From Parasynechococcus marenigrum WH 8102 (lineage in GTDB: Bacteria; Cyanobacteriota; Cyanobacteriia; PCC-6307; Cyanobiaceae), in contig NC_005070.1 in assembly GCF_000195975.1 (NCBI RefSeq), positions 1,740,001 through 1,772,000 on the forward strand: 32,000 nucleotides of DNA, in the 5' to 3' direction. The translations under genes were made by a program, and so were the position numbers. Each line of letters begins with the position of its first letter. Within the stretch, counting starts at the first letter, position 1. Below the pieces are notes generated by a model. It had not been told where the DNA came from. It worked only from the letters and a program-made list of their open reading frames with translations, and searched no databases. Of this stretch, positions 27,031-32,000 are shown piece after piece.

Positions 27031-28098
27031 ATGTCCCAGGGCTCCCGACGCCGGACGAGCCGACGCCAGCTCAAGCTGCTGGCAGCCCCCTGGCGCGGTC
27101 CCTTCAGCGCCCTATCGGCCGTGATCCTGATCGGTGCGATCGGTTACCGCCTCACGGAAGGCTGGGATTGGGGGGACTGTCTGTGGATGGTGCTGATCAC
27201 CATCAGCACCATCGGCTACGGGGAGGTGGAAACCCTCTCCCCAGCTGGACGGCTGGTGACGGTTCTGATCGTGGTCGGTGGCCTGATCGTTGTTCAACTG
27301 GCCATTCAGCGGGTGCTTGGCCTGAAGGACGCCGGTTATTTCCGCAGACTGCAGGAGTTCCGCATCCACCGCATGCTGGAAAGCCTGCATGATCACGTCA
27401 TCCTCTGCGGCTACGGGCGCATCGGTCAGGAGATCGCAGCCCAGCTGCAGCGTGATCAGATTCCCCTCGTGGTGATTGAGACCGACCCGGATCGTCGGGA
27501 TGTTGCAGAAGCCAATGGACTGCAGCTGCTTCAGGCGGATGCAACCCTCGATGAAACGCTCCTGGACGCTGGCCTGGAACGCTGTCAAAGCCTGGTGGCC
27601 GCCCTGCCTGGAGATGCCTCGAATCTGTACGTGATCCTCAGCGCCCGGGGGTTGAACCCCAGCTGCAGGCTCATTGCGCGAGCCAACAGCGATGAAGCCG
27701 CCACGAAGCTGCGGCTCGCCGGCGCCACGGTTGTGGTGAGTCCCTATGTGGCCGGTGGTCGGGTGATGGCGGCCTCCGCACTGCGTCCCCTGGCCCTGAA
27801 TTTCATGGAGCTGCTGGCGGGGTCGGATTTCGAAATCGAGGAGTTCCAGCTCAGCCGCGACCCTTTGGATCTGATGGACATCCGAGGAAGAAGCATGGCG
27901 GAACTGGAACTGGGCCGCCGCAGCGGAGCTCTCGTACTTGCCATCCGAGACGGGAGTGAGCTGATCGCCAACCCTGGCGGGGAAACCCAATTGGCCCCCG
28001 GCCAACTGTTGATCGTGCTGGGCAGCAAGCCGCAACTCAAGCGTTTTCAGGCCTTGCTTGGCGAGGCGGTCGACAGCATCGAAACCATGGCGAGTTGA
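27031..28098 (+). CDS. Two-TM potassium channel with RCK (TrkA-N + TrkA-C) cytoplasmic domains
   Basis: 355 aa with ATG start. The pore/selectivity filter is ...WMVLITISTIGYGEV.... The Rossmann motif is ...HVILCGYGRIGQEIA..., and the C-terminal part is TrkA-C-like (...RGRSMAELELGRRSGALVLAIRDG...). Confidence 0.85.
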   Translation: MSQGSRRRTSRRQLKLLAAPWRGPFSALSAVILIGAIGYRLTEGWDWGDCLWMVLITISTIGYGEVETLSPAGRLVTVLIVVGGLIVVQLAIQRVLGLKDAGYFRRLQEFRIHRMLESLHDHVILCGYGRIGQEIAAQLQRDQIPLVVIETDPDRRDVAEANGLQLLQADATLDETLLDAGLERCQSLVAALPGDASNLYVILSARGLNPSCRLIARANSDEAATKLRLAGATVVVSPYVAGGRVMAASALRPLALNFMELLAGSDFEIEEFQLSRDPLDLMDIRGRSMAELELGRRSGALVLAIRDGSELIANPGGETQLAPGQLLIVLGSKPQLKRFQALLGEAVDSIETMAS

Positions 28099-28145
28099 GC
28101 CGGCTCCAGGCGCATCCCTACGATCCTCCGATCACAGCAGCCGCC

Positions 28146-28898
28146 ATGCTCAGCTCCGCCTCCCTCGACGGTCAGACCGCATTGGTGACAGGAGGCGGAC
28201 GTGGCATCGGCAAAGCCATCGCCCTGGCCCTCGCCGAAGCCGGTGCTGAGGTGGTGGTGAACTACGCCAATTCCGCTGGCGCCGCCGACGAGGTGGTGGC
28301 CAGCATCAACGCTGCCGGTGGGAAGGCCTACGCCCTGAAGGCCAACGTCTCCATCGAAGAGGAGGTGGACGGACTGATCAAGGCAGTGCTGGAGCGCAGC
28401 GGCCGCCTGGACGTTCTGGTGAACAACGCCGGCATCACCAGAGACGGCTTGCTGATGCGGATGAAGACCAGCGACTGGCAAGCGGTGATCGACCTGAACC
28501 TCAGCGGAGTGTTTTTGTGCAGCCGCGCTGTCGCACGGCCGATGTTGAAGCAGAAAAGCGGCCGCATCATCAACATCACCTCCGTGGTGGGGCTGATGGG
28601 GAATGCCGGTCAGGCCAATTACGCCGCTGCCAAGGCCGGTGTGATCGGCCTGACCAAAAGCACCGCCAAGGAACTGGCCAGCCGGGGCATCACCGTTAAT
28701 GCCGTCGCCCCTGGCTTCATCGCCACGGACATGACCAAGGATCTGGACGCCGACGCCATCCTCAAAGACATTCCCCTGGGCCAGTTCGGCACCCAGGAAC
28801 AAGTGGCCGGAGCCGTGCGCTTTCTTGCGGCGGATCCAGCTGCTGCCTACATCACCGGTCAGGTGCTGCAGGTGGATGGCGGCATGGTGATGGCCTGA
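28146..28898 (+). CDS. fabG: 3-oxoacyl-[acyl-carrier-protein] reductase
   Basis: Trimmed from the TTG at 28095 to the ATG at 28146. ...ALVTGGGRGIGKAIAL.LA..GA.VVVNY..., ...LVNNAGITRD.LL.RMK..DW..VI..NL.GVF and ...NYAAAKAG.IG.TK..A.ELASRGITVNAVAPGFI.TDMT are the classical FabG sequence. Confidence 0.95.
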   Translation: MLSSASLDGQTALVTGGGRGIGKAIALALAEAGAEVVVNYANSAGAADEVVASINAAGGKAYALKANVSIEEEVDGLIKAVLERSGRLDVLVNNAGITRDGLLMRMKTSDWQAVIDLNLSGVFLCSRAVARPMLKQKSGRIINITSVVGLMGNAGQANYAAAKAGVIGLTKSTAKELASRGITVNAVAPGFIATDMTKDLDADAILKDIPLGQFGTQEQVAGAVRFLAADPAAAYITGQVLQVDGGMVMA

Positions 28899-28902
28899 TC
28901 GG

Positions 28903-29079
28903 TCAGGAATCCAGCGGCTGAGCCAGCTCCTCCCGCAGGCGTCGGATGCGTTGCAGCAGGCGCAATCGCCGGCTTCGTTCCGTCGCCGTGAGAAAAATCC
29001 GCAGCGGGACGTAAACGAGGGCCATGGAGCCGGCCAACCCCGCCATCAGGACAAAGAACAGCGTGCCGTTGTCACTCAT
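28903..29079 (-). CDS. Small membrane protein (58 aa), hypothetical
   Basis: Not in the ORF track (<60 aa). From the minus-strand ATG at 29079 the frame reads MSDNGTLFFVLMAGLAGSMALVYVPLRIFLTATERSRRLRLLQRIRRLREELAQPLDS, ending at the stop TCA 28903-28905. This is one clean TM helix plus a basic amphipathic tail. It fills an otherwise empty ~300-nt gap between fabG and groEL. Confidence 0.45.
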   Translation of the reverse strand: MSDNGTLFFVLMAGLAGSMALVYVPLRIFLTATERSRRLRLLQRIRRLREELAQPLDS

Positions 29080-29209
29080 GTGCGGACGTTAATGAGGGTG
29101 CGTGATGCCGACAGGAGCGGAGGCGCTCCAATTCGGCTTTCCCCACCGTTGCCCCCCTGTTGAATGCCTCATGTGCTGTGGGACAGTGACTGGCGGCGGA
29201 CCCGAGATC

Positions 29210-30898
29210 ATGGCCAAACTCCTTTCCTTCTCTGACGAATCCCGCAGCGCCCTGGAACGGGGCGTTGATGCCCTGGCTGACGCCGTCCGCGTGACCATCG
29301 GCCCACGGGGCCGCAACGTGGTGCTAGAAAAAAAATTCGGCGCTCCCGACATCGTCAATGACGGCGACACCATCGCCCGAGAGATTGAACTGGATGATCC
29401 CTTCGAGAACCTCGGGGCCAAACTGATCCAGCAGGTTGCTTCACGCACCAAGGACAAGGCCGGCGACGGCACAACCACGGCCACGGTGCTGGCCCAGGCG
29501 ATGGTGAGGGAAGGTCTGCGCAACACAGCTGCAGGCGCCAGCCCGGTGGAGCTACGCCGTGGCATGGAAAAAGCTGTCGCACAGGTGGTGGATGGCCTCC
29601 AGCAGCGCAGTCAGCCCGTAGCGGGAGATGCCATCCGTCAGGTGGCCACCGTCAGTTCCGGTGGTGACGACGAAGTGGGTCGGATGATTGCCGAAGCCAT
29701 GGATCGCGTCAGCGCAGATGGGGTGATCACCGTTGAGGAATCCAAATCCCTGGCCACGGAGCTTGAGGTCACTGAAGGCATGGCCTTCGATCGCGGCTAC
29801 AGCTCTCCCTATTTCGTAACTGACGCCGATCGTCAGATCTGTGAGTTCGAAAATCCGCTGATCCTGCTCACCGATCGCAAGATCAGCGCCATTGCTGATC
29901 TGGTTCCCGTGCTTGAGGCGGTTCAGAAGAGTGGTTCTCCTTTGCTTGTCCTGGCCGAGGAAGTGGATGGTGAAGCCCTGGCGACCCTCGTGGTGAATCG
30001 CAACCGCGGCGTGCTGCAGGTGGCGGCCGTCCGTGCCCCATCCTTCGGCGAACGTCGCAAAGCGGCCCTGGCCGACATCGCCATCCTCACCGGTGGAACA
30101 CTGATCAGCGAAGACAGGGCCTTGACCCTGGACAAGGTCCAGCTGTCTGACCTCGGCAAGGCCCGTCGCGTCACCATTAGTAAGGAGAACACCACGATCG
30201 TGGCCACGGATGATCACCGTGCCGCCGTCGCAGACCGCGTCGCAGCGATCAAGCGGGAACTCGATGCCACCGACTCCGACTATGACCGCGAAAAGCTGAA
30301 CGAGCGCATCGCCAAACTCGCCGGCGGCGTTGCTGTTATCAAGGTCGGTGCCCCAACGGAAACGGAACTCAAGAACCGCAAGCTGCGGATTGAGGATGCC
30401 CTGAACGCCACGCGTGCAGCGATCGAAGAAGGCATTGTTCCCGGTGGTGGAACAACACTCCTGCAACTGGCCGATGGGTTGAACGGCCTTGTCGAGCAGC
30501 TGGAGGGCGATCAGCGCACCGGGGTTGAGATCCTGCAGCGTGCCCTGGTGGCACCGGTGCATCACATCGCCACAAATGCCGGACACAATGGCGACGTGGT
30601 GATCGAAGCCATGCGCAACAGCGGTCAGGGGTTCAATGCCCTCACGGGCACCTACGAGGATCTGATGGCCGCCGGCATTGTCGATGCCGCCAAGGTGGTG
30701 CGTCTCGCCGTTCAGGATGCTGTTTCGATCGCCTCGCTGCTGATCACCACGGAAGTGGTGATCGCCGATAAGCCTGAGCCAGAGGCTCCCCCTGTCGATG
30801 GCGGCGGTGACCCCATGGGAGGCATGGGTGGAATGGGCGGCATGGGCATGCCTGGCATGGGCGGTATGGGTGGCATGGGCATGCCCGGGATGATGTGA
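29210..30898 (+). CDS. groEL: Chaperonin GroEL (60 kDa; groES-less paralog, cpn60/groEL2-type)
   Basis: Trimmed from 29102 to the ATG at 29210 ([64 protein letters not shown]...[16 protein letters not shown]). The C-terminus is a GGM/GMP repeat tail. No groES lies upstream. Confidence 0.97.
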
Positions 30899-31588
30899 TC
30901 AGCCCCCCATCTCTCGGCAGTAGGCCTGCACCTGCAGGTCCACGCCGGTGATGGCCGTTCCAACAACAACGTTGTCCGCGCCTGCATCGAGAGCAGAGCG
31001 GGCTGCCGTTGGCGAGGCGATTCCCCCTTCACAGATCAAGCGAACCGACGTTTTCAGCTCCTTCCGCAACTCCGGCAGCAGGGCCAGAGCTGGGGGTGAC
31101 TTGTCAGCTGTGACCTCGGTGTAGCCATACAGCGTGGTTCCAACCCAGTCGCAGCCCAGCTCGGCAGCACGGATGCCGTTGGCGACACTGTCCACATCGG
31201 CCATCAGCGGAGCCCGCAACTCAGACCGGCAACGCTGAATCAACGCCTCCAGCCGTTGCCCCTCAGGCCGATGACGCTGGGTGGCATCCAACGCGATGAC
31301 ATCGGCGCCAGCGGACCACACCGCTTGAATCTCTCTCCACCCCGACGTGATGTAGACAGAACTGTCTGGGAACGTGCATTTCCACAGTCCAATGATCAGC
31401 GCATCAGGGCAGCGGCGTCGCACGGCCCCGATATGCTCAGGACTCTCCAGACGAACCCCAACAGCACCACAGCGCAGTGACGCCTCTGCCATTGCGGCGA
31501 TGACCTGGGGATCGCGCATCGGAGACCCTTGGGGGGCCTGCACCGAAACGATCAGTCCCTGGTCAAGCCGCTCGTTGGTTGGGATCAT
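30899..31588 (-). CDS. nanE: Putative N-acetylmannosamine-6-phosphate 2-epimerase
   Basis: 229 aa with ATG start. ...GLIVSVQA...P......AAMAEA....GAVG.R......I.A.R..., ...ALDAT.R.RP..., ...LMADV.S...G..A...G.D.VGTTL.GYT... and ...ICEGGI..P......L..GA..VVVG.AIT are the NanE family pattern. Confidence 0.8.
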   Translation of the reverse strand: MIPTNERLDQGLIVSVQAPQGSPMRDPQVIAAMAEASLRCGAVGVRLESPEHIGAVRRRCPDALIIGLWKCTFPDSSVYITSGWREIQAVWSAGADVIALDATQRHRPEGQRLEALIQRCRSELRAPLMADVDSVANGIRAAELGCDWVGTTLYGYTEVTADKSPPALALLPELRKELKTSVRLICEGGIASPTAARSALDAGADNVVVGTAITGVDLQVQAYCREMGG

Positions 31589-31594
31589 CAGCGA

Positions 31595-31990
31595 TCAGGA
31601 GACCTTGGGGACGCTGTCATCGTCAGACACCAGCCATCTCCGTAGAGATCGGGGTGTGCTCAGCGGCGGAGCCGTCACCTCCTGGAGCTCATCAACCGGA
31701 TCATCAACGGACATCGTCGGCTCATCGAGTGCTCGGCTCACCTCGCTGAAAGATTCCCGCAGAACATTCGAGAACCGCTCGAATGCCCCCGGCTGATCGG
31801 CAACAGGCTCGGCCTCTTCAACCGGATCAACACGTGAAAACTCCGGCAGCGTGTCCACACCGAACCGATGCACCCATTGGCTGCGCAAAAGCAGCAATCG
31901 CTTCTGATCATCGGCGGCGTGAGCGGCGTTCAGTTGGCCGGCGAGGATGGTCTGACGCTGAGACGGAGGCTGAAACGGAGAGGTGAGCAC
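31595..31990 (-). CDS. Hypothetical acidic/proline-rich protein (start uncertain)
   Basis: 131-codon ORF bounded upstream by an in-frame stop (31994-31996), with a GTG start at 31990. No domain is recognised. It ends 6 nt before the nanE start, suggesting co-transcription. It could be spurious in this GC-rich context. Confidence 0.4.
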   Translation of the reverse strand: MLTSPFQPPSQRQTILAGQLNAAHAADDQKRLLLLRSQWVHRFGVDTLPEFSRVDPVEEAEPVADQPGAFERFSNVLRESFSEVSRALDEPTMSVDDPVDELQEVTAPPLSTPRSLRRWLVSDDDSVPKVS

Positions 31991-32000
31991 GGGTCAAGAC

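Noticed and set aside
28951-29163. 70-aa plus-strand ORF in the fabG-groEL gap.
   Set aside because: The translation (…RRREKNPQRDVNEGHGAGQPRHQDKEQRAV…) is non-protein-like. The opposite-strand 58-aa ORF, with a clean TM helix, is the better explanation of the open frames here.
29080-29209. Searched for a CIRCE/HrcA operator upstream of groEL.
   Set aside because: No TTAGCACTC-N9-GAGTGCTAA-like inverted repeat is present. Only a weak 6-bp hairpin (29114-29129) and a TTGAAT hexamer (29160-29165) without a convincing -10 are present, so no regulatory call was made.
29552-30586. 344-aa ORF antisense to groEL. Similar long antisense ORFs are 27112-28035 (-), 10987-11886 (-), 28047-28802 (-), 6381-7106 (-), 25362-26447 (+), 17880-18485 (-), 5197-5757 (-), 3296-3820 (-), 23958-24503 (-), 20069-20605 (-) and 22231-23325 (+).
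   Set aside because: Each lies opposite a gene with unmistakable family motifs. Their translations are Arg/Gly/Pro/Ala/His-rich with no recognisable domain. Long stop-free antisense frames are expected in GC-rich DNA.
30780-30895. Tandem ATGGG[CT]GG[CTA]-type DNA repeats that could be taken for a microsatellite or repeat array.
   Set aside because: They encode the normal C-terminal GGM/GMP tail of GroEL (…[26 protein letters not shown]). It is in frame and ends at the stop codon.

Overview
GC-rich, tightly packed chromosomal segment. Gene content and protein sequences (psaF-psaJ, petC-petA, an HLIP, a groEL paralog with a GGM tail, PstS, tatC, tsaD, gltX) look like the core genome of a marine Synechococcus-type picocyanobacterium. 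This assignment comes from recognising the proteins, not from a database search. I call 40 protein-coding genes, one interrupted gene (pilT, in-frame TAA), 3 tRNAs (Trp-CCA, Asp-GTC, Val-CAC), two clear intrinsic terminators and two weak promoter candidates. Three coding features are absent from the ORF track and were found by reading the sequence: the 5' end of pstS (1-171, minus), psaJ (14127-14243) and a 58-aa membrane ORF (28903-29079, minus). Many ORF-track starts are upstream over-extensions using TTG/GTG, and I trimmed them to the start that fits the family N-terminus. I see no transposase, integrase, phage gene, CRISPR array, toxin-antitoxin-like pair or defence-type cluster. The neighbourhood is housekeeping and photosynthesis genes, so I cannot honestly nominate a novel multi-gene system here. 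The items most worth a second look are listed here. (1) pilT is split by a single in-frame TAA between the Walker A and Walker B halves. (2) An uncharacterised DUF1643 + 81-aa gene pair is joined by overlapping junctions into a wecB...nhaP minus-strand string. (3) A perfect 11-bp inverted repeat brackets tRNA-Trp. (4) A palindrome, promoter-like element and hairpin leader lie upstream of a tRNA-Asp that sits 21 nt before gltX. (5) Nine of ten convergent gene junctions overlap or nearly abut with no terminator hairpin. (6) The 58-aa ORF lies upstream of groEL. All functional calls are motif or family recognition by eye and should be confirmed by homology or HMM searches.
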